Below, piece after piece: positions 13,303 to 25,811 of a stretch of 64,000 nt of DNA (position 1 is its first letter; each line of letters opens with the position of its first letter). The DNA lies in NCBI GenBank assembly GCA_964036045.1, contig OZ038379.1, positions 48,112,001 to 48,176,000 of the forward strand. The letters are read 5' to 3'. The notes beneath the pieces are model-generated. The model was not told the origin of the DNA and did no database searches. It worked only from the letters and a program-made list of their open reading frames with translations. A program made the position numbers and the translations under genes. The DNA comes from Eutreptiella sp. 'Long Island Sound 2002' (lineage: Eukaryota; Protista; Euglenida).

Positions 13303-13851
13303 CCCACACAGACACACCAGATGAACAGTGGATGGTGCTTAAAAAAATTGAGCGAAGTACTGGTGCTGTTTCATCACAGCCAATATCGCGCGTCAGGGTC
13401 AAACCAAAGACAAATGTCTGTAGCCTCGCTGACCTTGAGCAGGGCTTAGGCACATCTACCAATGAGGTGTCTGCCTGGCTCTTCCAGTTGTTGCTGTCTG
13501 CTTTGCATTGGTTTTCCCCAGACAATGCACCCAAGACTCTATAGACATTGATGTCCATTGCATAAAGAAAACGTAGCGCACACAACCAGACACATGTACA
13601 TGCAGAACCGCAACCCACACTCACACACAGTGTGAAAGGCTCCCAACGCAAACATGCAGGATGCAACAGGGCACTGCACTGGACAGCTTCTACTTCTCGT
13701 CACGCCACAACACATGGAGTGTAAGAACAGACCACCGGGGGGGAGGGGGAGGGTGCAGGCATATTTTGGTAAGGCAAAATTCGCTGAGGGGAAAATTTGG
13801 TACAACATCTTAAATACCATGTAAAAATGTGGCACAAAATTTCCAAATAAT

Positions 13852-13918
13852 GGGAGTTCAGGAATTGAACTGGGGACTTCTAGTTTGCAGGTGTAGTACT
13901 CCTACAACTCAGCTATCT
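13852..13918 (-). pseudogene. tRNA-Cys(GCA)-like pseudogene or SINE head
   Basis: Minus strand TAGCTGAGTTGTAGGAG (D arm/A box), CCTGCAAA (GCA anticodon loop-like), GTCCCCAGTTCAATTCCTG (T arm/B box). The acceptor stem does not pair. Confidence 0.4.
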
Positions 13919-16900
13919 ACTTTCCCTACTACTCACCTGTGAAACAGGGTTCAAAGTGAAAACATGATGTCCCCAACAATTCAGACCCTCGAAACCTTGT
14001 AATGGAGAGAAAATGTGCATAGATCTGGTAAAGGCAAGAACTTGGCCGCGGTCCTCAGATACCACAGCAAAATGTGGTACAATTTTGCCGTGCCACATTT
14101 CGCCGTTCCGAAGTTTGCAGCTCCCAACCCCCCCCCCCCCAGGCATGAGGCGTGTGCGTGCGCACACACACACACACGTACACATGCAGGCGGCGTAAGT
14201 TACGAAGGTCTGAGCGGAGTGCAAGGGCACTGTGTGCACGATGCTTGTCACGCCGCTCTAACGAGTCAAACAGAAACTGGTACTGTTCTGCTTCCTCCTA
14301 AGTAAGTCCCTGGATTGTCATCGGGCCACACTTAAACATACATACACCCATGCACATATACATCAGAGGAAAAAGAGGCAAAATGGTGTACAACCAGCTC
14401 AATATACTCAAACTGTTAGGCAATATACACCACAAAATGCGGACTCAAGGGTCTGTGTGACATGGCACGTGTGCCGACATACACGCGAGCGCAATGAGAA
14501 ATGCAGGAACACAAACAAAGCACAACAAAAGCAGTTGAAGAAAACTCCTCAGGAGTTGTGTTGCATTGCATTGCGTCATCATTGTTGGCTTATTTGTGCC
14601 CACTGTGTGTCCCTTGGGGGGGGGGGGGGGGATGTGGGGTTTATTCGAAAAACCCTTGAAAAGGGCTGTTTGGAACACCCAGGTCAGCATGCTGTACTGA
14701 CGGTATGTTTGAGATTTTCGTCCGTTTTGGACGGTGTGTGTGCTGCCTCTTTTTGTCAACAGGCAACTGGGATGTCTGCATACAAATTCACCCAACAGGC
14801 TGTTGCTTCCCCTGATGCACCACAAAAGGCTTTGGTGCACAAAAAGGCTTGCTCTGGGGGTGCAGACTGGGTGCAGGTGACTCGGCATCCTGCCAAGCAG
14901 GCCAAGAAACGCCGTACAGTCGGTTCTCAGCAACCTGCATGTACCCACAAGGAACACCAGATTCTGTCCACCGCAGAGGATTGTAAAGTGCACCCCATGA
15001 AGGCTTCACAGCATGAGTTCTTTGCCACATGCTTTGACGTTGGTTTTGAGGGCGAGGTCTGCCCCAATGAGGTCCCAGCCCTTGTGAGAGGCGCAGCGAT
15101 GACAACGATTCGGGCTCCGAATAATGAGTGGGCCAAACTGTGCAGTGCATGTTTGGTGTATGTCACCCCATTTGCTGCTCTGTGCTCACCTACCCCTGCC
15201 ATACATTTCTGAAGTGGCCTTTGCTCACAGATTTAAAAAAATATAGACACATATCCCCCCAGGGGAATGATATTTTGGCGCATCGGACTGCAAGTTCAGA
15301 CAACCTGGGAAAAGTGCCCAAACCCACCAAGTTGGCACATGATGACGACACCCTGGGAGATATACCAAACCTTTGCAAACCTTTGTGTACCTTTACGCAC
15401 ACGTGATACAGAGCTGGACCCCCCCTAAATGTTATTTCAGTTTACTGAACATTGACATGGAGGCCCAGAAGGCAGAACACAAGTGCATCGAATGTGTGCT
15501 TCAGGCGACTTCGGCGTAAAAACACAGTACACAGTGAGGAAAATACGACACTTAGGCACAGAAGAAAAAATGGAGAAATCATCGTGCCAGACATTTCAAT
15601 CCGCAACACCGAAATCGGCGCAGAGAGGCTCAAAACCAACGAAAAAATGGCTTGCATTCCTTGCCTGAGCCTGATCTACACTGCCGCCTTAATGGAGGGA
15701 TGACTTTCAGGAGCACTTTGCTGTGCCCAACAGTCCGGAGCCCCATGTGATCCTGCCAGTTCACGTTCCATGTCTCTACAATGGCTAGCAATGGCACGGA
15801 ACACAGTGCAATAAGAAAGATCAAGTTTCATTCATTTGCTCCGTCAACAAAGGGTTCCAAACGGAAAAATGCCACTGGACACCAGATCCCCCACAATCGC
15901 ACGTAAGTAGACTCCAGCCATGCCCAAAAACTACCCGCTTGCGGCCACAGCAGTCGTCACCCTGCTGAAGACGTGTGTTTGTTTTGCAGGTTTCCCCTGC
16001 CTCCCGGCTGCTAGTTGTTGTGTCTTGGGGCCCATCCCCCTGTTCACCCCAACACACACGCACGCACACACGTGCACACACACACACAGATGCACGCACG
16101 CACCCCAGTAGACAAAGGCTATGAACCATGGTTGACTACAACATCATGTACACGGACATTACAATATTGAGAGGGAAACATTGAAGCAGACAAACAAACA
16201 TGGACCCCAAAAAGGATGATTGCGGAATGGGTTGGAAGAAAAAAATTCTGGTTGTGTATGAAGATTGTGCAAACGATGCGAAACCGAGAGTTGGTGCAAT
16301 TTCCTGGCACAGGATCCACTGACTGCGCCACCGCGAGCACTGACAAGGGTGGGCAAGGTAAGGCATCAAAACGAGAGGTCACCCAGCAGCAGCATCTACG
16401 CCACCATCCTGATGCATGGCACAGTAATGGGTGATCAGAGTTTTCCATGGGGGGGGGGGGTCAGAACCCCCCCCCCCATGAGATGCTGAGTTGGTAAGTA
16501 AAATTCTGGATCAGGGACGTCATTCCACAATGAATTTTCTTCCCTGTGCAAATCGCACAAAACAAAAACAAAGTGCAGCAGTAGCCCTTCTGCATGGCGA
16601 GCCTGTGATCCATTGCATCATTCTTTATTATACACAGCAGCATCATTTACAGTAAATGAACAGCACAGTCCAGTTTCATACACAGGGAAGTCACGACTTG
16701 TCAGGCTGCAGTGTGTTCTGAGCATGACAGGGGGACCACGTTGTCTGGTAGCCCACCTGGCGCCTGGTAAGATGGGCCTCCCGTACGCTGACAATGACCC
16801 TTCTTGAGTTGTTGATAAGCATTGAACAAGGGCGACAGGAAATGCAAAACATGTACAAACCAAGTACCAAGATTTCGGTGAGATCAAACGCTTCAGCATT

Positions 16901-19900
16901 CAAATCACCTCAACCAAATCCATCAACCAACGCCGCATGCAGCCACTCCTGCAAGAAGAACGATGGCCCACCAGTAATTACCCTGCAGTCGGCCTATGGT
17001 TCCATTTTGGAAGTGCACTCGCAGCATTTGGGCTAAATGGGGCCCCTGTGTATGACCATAAACCTCTGAGCTTCAGCGTGACATGCACGCCAACCCGTGG
17101 TGGTCAGGTCGCAGAACATACTGTGCTTGTTGTCAAGAACCTGTCATGCACCACAGCATATGGGATTCACTATTGGGCTCCTGTCTGGCATTGTATTGGC
17201 GCGCACAGCTGAATGGTGGCCGGGATCGAGGGGCAAGCGTCTCGTAAAAGCATTCTACGTATTCTAAACATTCTATGCATTACTCAAGACATTGGCTCTC
17301 AACATTTCGACATCTCAGGATGGCACTCTTGGACAGAGGTTTATGGCGCGCATCTGCCGAAAAAGTCATCTGCAGCATCAATCAGTGTCCGCACACACAC
17401 ACACACACACACACACAAACGCACACATGTGTCGGAGGAGGGCACATGCCACAAACTCTTCACATTTACTTTATTCGAATGAAATCACGTATTGTCCAAG
17501 GGGAACACTTCAGGGACGCCAGAAAACTTGATGAGGCAAACAAACCAAAAAGGGCAGCATGTGGGCTGTGGTGTTTCCGTGCTCCACAGCATCGCAGCCC
17601 GCCATTCTTCTGGAAGTGGCGGAACTCGTAAAAAGGGGGGACGTAAAACACAGGGGAATCGCAGTCCCACACCCGACATTTGGAGCACCAGTTGTTAAGA
17701 GTGGCCATACGGGTGGGGCGGGGGCGGGGGGAGCGAGGGTCCTGGGGCCATGATGGGATATGGGTTCTGGGCTGAATAGGTGTTCAGTGCTTGTAAGCAA
17801 CATTTTTGGGATTCATTGGAAGCAGAGGGACAAAGGATTGGGATAAGGATACATACTATCCTACAACACAGCTCATTCATCACCCAACTTCCACCCATGG
17901 CTGATGTTGCTGTAGCCTACGTCGCGTGCAGCCTCAACATCACAAGAAAATGATTCTTCAGACCCTTGAGTCAGAGAAAGCTTCCAGCGGTCAAAGCAGG
18001 GCTGCTTTTCAATTATCTGCACAACACCCATCAAAACGATCGTAGGATCTGCGGACAAGACCTATGATATAACAGTGCAGCACTGAATCATTTCTGTCCT
18101 CGCCCACCCAGTGTCCAAACGAGCCCACCTGGTGTCCAGGCCACGCCCACACACCATACTACACCACACCACGCCATGCCACACCTCACCCTGAGTACTC
18201 CCCAGTCCGACCCTCAGGCTGGGTGCTAGGTGCGAAGCCCCCATGGACACGGCCCAGGCACCGCCCTTCCAAAGGTACGACCTATCATCTCCGAGGGGCT
18301 CAGCTTGGTGCTTGCGAAAACCACACAATCGTCCGCATCCTCTCCGATCCAATAAACCACATCCTCCTGGGCCCGATCGGTGGGTTCCCTTCCCTTGGCG
18401 TTGTCCTTCGGGGTTGGAACGTGCGGCAAGATCCCCGCAAGAAGGCTCGTAACGTCCGCACTATTGAGGAGGATCAAAACAGCCTGAATTGTGGGATTGA
18501 GCATGAAGGTGGTGCGAAACAAGTCACTAACGAGCCCGGGCTCCATCTCTTCAAGAACACTCCGTGGCGCCTCCATACGACCCAACGTAGTCCGCGGATT
18601 GAACTTGGCCCTGGCGAGTAGCCCGTCGATACGGATGGTCTCCTCCACTTCGTTAGGGGTGGCGGCGATAAGACGGGTGCTCTGGGTAGTGAACTAACAG
18701 TGTTGAGCGTACGCGTGCCCCAGTGTTGCCCCAGGAATCCCGCTCCCCCCTAGTACCAGCCCCATGGGCCCCGGAAACCGGCTAACAACCCCTATAGAGG
18801 ATGGCCGGCATGGCCTCCCCCCTTCTCCTCGTGACACACAGCCCCCTCCCCCCCCCACCGACGCAGCCCTCCTGCCCACTGCCCGCACCACCACCCCTCC
18901 CATCCCAGCCCTGCCCGCCCTCCCCACCTTTACAAGGAGGACGGTGGGTCCAACATTGGTGAATTCTGATTCCGGTCTCCTCCTTGTTATGTGTGCCTGC
19001 ATCGGATCCTGTGTCTCTTGATCCCGGGCTTTATGGGCCAGCTATCAGTCATAGTCGCCAGCAATCATGCTTGGCGGCATGTGCCCCTGGGATGGCCCCC
19101 CTAAAAATAGTCGTCCATCCATCAATCCATCCAAGTGTGTGGCCCGGCAACGTGGACGCTCCCATACAAAGGTTTCGACGGCGGCGGAGGCCACGGGGTC
19201 GAGGGGATTGGCGCCCCTTGCCAACAAGAGGAGGAGGGGGGGGGGGGGGCAGCAAGCATGGGTGAGATGGGATGGGTATGCGAAGTGAGTAGGGGTGTGG
19301 CGGGTATGGCGGTCAATACGGTTCGGCGGGTCCCCCCGGGCGTGGGGAGCGGTGGAGGATGGCATGGATGGCACAAATGTGCGGGAACACATTGGGTGTG
19401 AGTGGGTTGGGGCCGAACCCTGTTATGTTTAGTTTGATCTTTGTTTTTCTCAATTTCTTCAGTGCCACTGCCTTTGGGCCCCAAGTGCTTTCCCTTCGGG
19501 TTTGTACTTTCCCTGTTCATTTTCTTAGGCAATGACCCTAGGGCAACACCGACGCCTTGCGCCCACCCATGCTCTCCACCCATGCCGCTCCCCTACAGCC
19601 TTGTACCTTCTTTCCTTCTTGGCGAACGCCCTTCGAGTGAGCCCTGCACAGGGGAGAGGTCCACGAATGAGTGGAGGAGCACCGCTCCCCTGTGTTGCTA
19701 AGCACCTCCAAGCCATGCCCTACCTTGTGTTGGAATCCCCTACTTTCGTTGGCTGTCAATGAACACCTATGTGGCCACCCCCTAGGTGGGTATAAAGCCA
19801 AACCCCGGCCACCACCATAGGCTCCATAGTAGAGAGGGGCACCGGTAACAATGGGAAGGGGCGAGCGTCTTCCCATATGCCCACCAGAGATGGGGCTCAA

Positions 19901-20399
19901 TTACCCCATGCACTGTTAACGGTGTCCGCACGGGACATGACGGCGGAGCTTCCTCCGAGGTCCTTGGGGACGCCATAGCTACCCACGCTAGGGTTCGACC
20001 ACCGCTCCGGTCCACCTATCCTTAGGCACCTCATGCTTGCAGCGACACGTGATTCGCATCCTCAGTAATAGGACCTAAAGACGCATACTAGTCTGCGCTA
20101 GGAAGGACCTCAAGCATTAGAGGCCCTAATCGGGAGATTGCTTGTCCCCAAGGAGGGTAATGGCACGCCTTGCGTGACCACACCTTGTTGCTTGCACCCA
20201 TAGCACGGATGCACCGGTGTGTTGAACTAGGGGAAGAGGGGGATGGCAGCGGCCATGCATACAAACCGAGACTCGCGATGGAAACTTGCTAAGCCCTATA
20301 CTCGCCTTGGGGAGACACGCCGCCGGTGCCGAAGGGGCATTGACGCCCCCCCCCCCCCCCAGTCGCACAGGCGCTCCCTAAGCTGCGATCACCGGGACA

Positions 20400-20800
20400 A
20401 GACAATCCGTCCCCCCAGCCTGTGATCCCGCGCCCTTCGCAACTTTCCCCGCTAGCACACCTACACATGCGACCACTGGCACGGCAGGACAACCCCTCCC
20501 CGCAGCCTGTGATCCCGCGCCTCTGGGGGCCCCCGTCCCCCGCCGGTGCTCCATGAGCTACGACCACCGGCTTAATTGGACAATCAGTGCCCCCGGCTCG
20601 TGATCCCGCATGGGCTACCATCCCGTGCGGAAGCTCCGAAAGATGCAACAACCGGCTAGGGAGAACGCTCCACCACCCCTTCCCGTGATCCTGCGCCTTT
20701 TGGGGGCTACTAGCCCACGCTCGTGCACCTAAAGATGCGGCCACCAGCGCAGCGGGACACTTCGTCCCCCCGAGAGGGTGATTCCGCCCCTTTGGGGGGC
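20400..20800. repeat. Diverged tandem repeat, period about 88 bp, 5 copies
   Basis: Anchor GTGAT(C/T)C at 20422, 20509, 20600, 20685 and 20778. Confidence 0.65.
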
Positions 20801-21329
20801 TACCATCCCGCAATGGCGCGGCCATTGCTGCTCGGGGCCGCGTACCCAGAAGGCCGCCCAGAAATTCCCTTTGTTGATACCTTTGCCGGCCCTACGGTGG
20901 CGTGTAGACCCACCCATGTACCAACAGTTTGAAGTGGGCCGGCCTGTATAGTGGACGGTGACCCCAAGTACATTTTAGCGTGTGCGGGAGGACAAAGGTG
21001 ATAGAGGTGTCTCCTCGAGGGTCGGTGTGTAGGGTTGTGTAAGGTTGTCATAGAACAGCTGATGAGTACTACAGGTCGCTTGCCGGCTTGCAGCTCGGGG
21101 TCCTCCTCTGAGCTCTCCGAGCCCCCATATCGCCCACCGCATCGGTCTCTGCTTTAACAACGACAAAACGAATACCTACCACTAGGCTCGCACTATGAAA
21201 CTGGAACCATCACCTGGCAGGGCCAAGTAATTATGATATGCCCCCCCCCAATCTTGGCGCGCCTAGGGCACGTGGTGGTGCACCCGTCACACGAGGAACA
21301 AGGATGCGCGTCCGCTGGTGTTCGGTGCA

Positions 21330-21780
21330 CCCTTGGGTGCGAGATGTGCTAGCCCGATGACCCCCCAAGGGGGCATACAGTGTCCACGTATTTATATTGT
21401 GTGGCAGACAACTGCCTTTTGGTCCACCCTATTTGCCGACTTGCGTTTTGGGCCACCGTGACCCATCGCGTTATAAATGACCACCATGCCCAGGCCTTCA
21501 TCCCTTACATCCGTTGCTATACGGTGTCTATTCATCGAGGGTTCGACACTGGCATTGTCCCGCAGGGACTAAAGCACGATGCCGTCCCATTGGGCCATGC
21601 TTTGCCTGTGGCCCGAGAATAGGCCCCTATAGGTCTAGCGCGGGATGAGTACCGCGTTTATAATGGCTCCTTTCTGGAAGCCAATTAAGGGTAGTGTCTT
21701 GTATGCAGCGAGGTCGTGGTGTAGTTGGCTCGTGACACAATCCGCAAGAGTATGGCGGTAAATTTCTGTCAATATGCGTA
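21330..21780 (-). pseudogene. Short RT-like fragment
   Basis: ILTEIYRHTLADCV...PLIGFQKG resembles RT domain 2 (Q-x-G-F). Stops follow. Confidence 0.3.
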
Positions 21781-23145
21781 TGATGGCTTTCGGCACCCTT
21801 GCTTCACACCAGGGATTAACGGGGGTTCAAAATGCGTTTGGCCCCCGGCCCCCACCTTGTGTAAATGGGTGTAAGTTTTCCCAAAAAAGGCGTACATTTC
21901 CTTCAAAAAAGTGTCAATTTAAGAGGAAGAGGGTGTCACTCAATAGCTCAACCAATCCGGAAAACTCATAACACAATGATGTGGAGTGGACCCCGAGCAA
22001 ACAAAGCACGAAGGATCTGACCGACCGAACGCTTCGGTTTATATTCAACCCCCCCCCCGATATTCACCACCCAAAGGGGATAATCCGTGGCTCTGCATGC
22101 CAACAACACAATATAAAGGAATTGTACAGCCGCCTTCAAGAAGCAACCGCCACCCCTCCCCGCACCCGCTCGCCGCAAACCTCCACATGTGGACATAATG
22201 GTAGCCCGGGGCACCAGTAGGACGGCGAGCGTGCCGACGGCCTCCCCCAGCGTCCACTTGACCATCTGAGGAGCGCCCACTTGCCTCTACACTGAATGCG
22301 GCGGCCACAAATTTCCGCGGTGCGCCCTCTTCCCAACCCCCCACCAAGTTGAGGGACCAGTGCCAGGCACCGTGGACTGCTGGCCTGAGATGCTAGTGGG
22401 TCAATGCAGCCCGATGCAGGACATCCGGATGCCTCTCGCACGCCAGGATCGCCGCCAAGACTAGGAAGCACCACCCACCATACATCCGTTATCTTAGGCA
22501 ATAAATGCTTAAGCTCTTGCAACAGACCGGGCACAGTGCAGTGGTGCACAAGATTTGGGCGTTGCGGGTAATTGTCATAGATGCACCCCGTATACGTCAC
22601 GCCAACGGCGCGACCTACGCCTGCCACCAAACGTTCAAAGATCACCAGCCGCCGGTGAGGGTTAGCTGCCCAAACCGGGGGGAGGGGCAACGAAAAGCCC
22701 CCGTGGGGGTAACGCCGGATCAGCGTGAAGCCCCATAGGGGCTCGATCCACGGAATTTTTCTTCATTACATACCAGTCAGTGGCGGTGTAAATCAACATC
22801 TTATAATGTGCAAAGTCATGGGGTTCGCCCACTAACACTGAAATTCTTGAGCATGCACGGTACTCAACAATGAAAACCCAGCATATCAAGGAAGAATTTA
22901 CAAAGTTCATGTTCAATATTCACAATTTTAGACATCCAACATATCAAACTCTACATGTATGTACGTGTGGCTCACTGGTGGATATCTGGGCTTGTGAAGT
23001 AAGTTTGCACTGCAAGCTCACTAAAGGCGAAGCCATCGATAGCGGTGTCTTTGTGCATGTCTCTTGTGCTTGTTGCATGCTAGATAATGTTTTTTTAGTG
23101 TTTGAAGGTGGTAAACATTAATGTTTGGTCAAGGTTGTACGGTAA

Positions 23146-24370
23146 GGTACAATTTCAGAAAAGGCAAACCGGTCACTTCACCTTCGCTTAGCATTCGCTT
23201 CGCCTTCGCCAACGAAGGCTCACTGCAAGCTCACTACGAGCTCATTGAAAGCTAATTGACGTTCACTGCAAGCTCACTACAGGCGAATCACATACATATT
23301 GCACAACGTTTGAGCCCTATCCCTTTCCCAACCCTTCCCCCTCCCCATATATTCACCCTCCTACCCCACATTCATTTCCTCCTTCTTCTCATTAAGCCGT
23401 TTTTGTCTATCATGTTGCCCGCATGTGTCGTTGACTCCAACGTTTCAAAGGCATTCGAGGCTCTCGTGAGTCATCCCGTTGTCCCATGTCCTCTTAACGA
23501 GGCATGGTACATGGGGAGGATTTCATCGGACCTTGGTCCTTTGAAACGTTGGGCACAGGATCTGAACCCCCCCCCCCTCAAAATTATCCACATTAGGGTC
23601 TTCGACAAGACCCTAATGGGGAAAAATTGGATGCACGAAGCCAACCGCCTCTTGCGTGAGGTCCACCGGAACCCCCGGGCAATCCGGTTCCGCGTTCCGG
23701 AGGACGTGGTGGACAACCTCCTCCAGCAAACCTCTGGAAAGCTGGACCGGGAGGCCCGCCAATTTGCGATGGACCTCATCAACACTAGTGATTTCTAGTA
23801 TGGTCATTATGCCGATCTCGGTATCGATGAGGTGCACCGCAAGAAGGGTGTGCTGCAACCCTTGCCCTACACGGCAGGGGTGGTGGATGGTGAGTAGTGG
23901 GAGACATTGGGAATGTGCAACGTCACTCCGGAGTGGTGTTTGCACGTTCCCGACTACACCTGCCCGGCCCTATTTACCTCCTCGGAGAAGCAATTTCTCC
24001 AGGGAGACAATTTGCGGAAGGGGGGGTGCAACCCGCTGAGTAAGGTGGTGACGAAACAAAGAGGGTACAAGAGGCGTTGTAGGGATTGGACACGGGCTAG
24101 ACGGCAAGGGAGGGGTAGGGCTGCAAATGGTGGAAAGGATTGTGCAAAGAGCATTGCGGCAGAGGGCACCAAAGAGCTAATAACACTGGACTTCTAACCT
24201 ACCGCAAACCTAGTCAGCCTTCAGCGAGCTGAGCTTGCGGTGAAGCCCAATTAACTTGCAGTGAGCTTGCTCTGAGCTTGCGGTGAACTTTTAGTCCAAT
24301 AGTGAAGTGAAGGTGAGGTGAACATTTCGGAAGGCGAAGCGGACCAATTCGCCTTTTCCAAAAAAGCACC
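23146..24370 (+). mobile_element. Imperfect inverted-repeat-bounded unit with subterminal (G)CTCACTGCAAG repeats and one ORF
   Basis: Left GGTACAATTTCAGAAAAGGCAAACCGGTCACTTCACCTTC aligns with the reverse complement of the right end, GGTGCTTTTTTGGAAAAGGCGAATTGGTCCGCTTCGCCTTC. Motif clusters at 23218-23280 and inverted at 24228-24290. No target duplication found. Confidence 0.55.
23412..24197 (+). pseudogene. About 260-codon ORF of unknown function with two in-frame TAG stops
   Basis: One reading frame from ATG 23412 to 24197, interrupted by TAG at 23796 and 23895. A pyrimidine tract and AG (23395-23396) precede the ATG. Confidence 0.45.
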
Positions 24371-24736
24371 CCCATTGCCAAGGTACCCCAAAGTAGTCAT
24401 GAAGGTCACCTTGGGGGCATTCAAAAACATACCCTAATCCTGAACGGCAACACTCTTGGTGCTACAAGTGTCTATAAACCATTGCTTCGCCTTTGCTTTG
24501 CCTTTTGTCCTTGACTGCAAAAGTGGACTCCACAAGTCCAAGCGAACTGTAGGTACATAATGACATGCAAAGCACTTAGGTTGCTCGATTTACACCAATG
24601 TACACAAATTTAGACAAATTTACAGCACTTTTTGAGCAATGTACAAAAACTTGTGCAGCTTGTAGCGTAATTTGGATTTAGCCCACGCCCCCCCTTTATT
24701 TCCTGGCTTGCCCTGCTTCCCGAATGATGTCTAAAA

Positions 24737-25045
24737 TCATATTACGGGAAACAGATGGAACGTCTGTGCCACATCGAGTAGGGCCACGTAGCCCTCGGTT
24801 TGTGGAGGTCGTTTACCAGTTTTGCGGTGAGTGTTGTTGTGCTCCGGCCACTTAGGGTTCCGTGTTGTATGTGGAGCAGTCCCGGTGTCCGGGCCTGGCA
24901 TAATTTGATTCAAGAGCAAGCGAGCAACGATGCTGTACATGGCGGTGGAATCGTAGATGGGACGGCGGTTCTTTGGGTCTTGCGGGAGCACGATCACGGA
25001 CCAAGCTGACAGCATGTCCGCCGTGCCATTGGCCACAGCCTCCAA
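24737..25045 (-). pseudogene. LINE-like RT fragment (domains 1-3)
   Basis: WSVIVLPQDPKNRRPIYDSTAMYSIVARLL...YVALLDVAQTF matches the P-x-N-x-R-P-I and L-D-x-x-K-A-F pattern. Confidence 0.6.
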
Positions 25046-25573
25046 CGTGCCCGTGGTCGGAGGAGCACGATCACAAGCTGGGAAGACGGAGTGCCCCGCC
25101 GTCCCGGAGGGTTGGAGTATTTAGGGTTTTTGTTGGGGATGTCTTCCTCCCGGAGATGCGCAATCACGGGCCGCGGGGTCGCACTGTCCCGCCGTGATAG
25201 TGGTCGCAGCTTCAAGGGTGCTTGTGGGGGATGGCGACACCAAAAAGAGTAGGATGATGGGTCTGCGACAATGAGTGTCCAGCCACACTGCTGCTCGTGG
25301 CTTCCATCGGCCCTTTTGGGGATGATCAACCCTGAAGGAGCGGCGGCCCGGGTTTGGGGAAGGGAGTGCACCACCGTGCCGTTGGTCGCAATTTTTAAGG
25401 GTGGCGGTTGAAGTTGATGATCTGCGACGAAGGCGCACAATCGCGGGCGAGGGGGTTGGCATCCGCCGCTTCGCCAAGCTCCATAGCATCCGGGGTGCCT
25501 GTGTAGCAGGCCCGGGGGGGGCAACTACAGCCGGTCCTGATGCGACGGCCCCCGCAGCTATCTGTCAAAAAAC

Positions 25574-25575
<2 letters not shown>

Positions 25576-25624
<49 letters not shown>

Positions 25625-25811
25625 TGGGGGGGGGGGGTCCAGCCGGGGGTCCGAGGGGGGGGTCTGGCCGGGGGTCAGGGGGCGTCCAGCCAGGGGTGAG
25701 GGGGGGGGGGGATGAGGGTTAGGGTTCAGGTTAGGGTTAGGGTGAGCCCTAGGGTTAGCGTTAGCCCTAGGGTTAGGGTCAGGGTTAGGGTTAGGGTTAG
25801 GGTTATTAGGG
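25576..25811 (+). repeat. 45-nt poly-G plus interstitial telomere-like (TTAGGG)n variant array
   Basis: G run 25576-25620. TTAGGG and variants (TCAGGG, TGAGGG, TTAGCG) at 25713-25811, with two CCCTAGGG palindromic junctions. Confidence 0.85.

Noticed and set aside
14457-17480. Possible gene or transposase fragments (14457-15212 with a GT-AG intron candidate at about 14703-14762; 16800-17400)
   Set aside because: There are no diagnostic motifs and the frames are inconsistent, so no call can be supported.
25713-25811. True chromosome end or telomere fusion
   Set aside because: The array is only about 100 bp, degenerate and internal, with no long inverted (CCCTAA)n arm.
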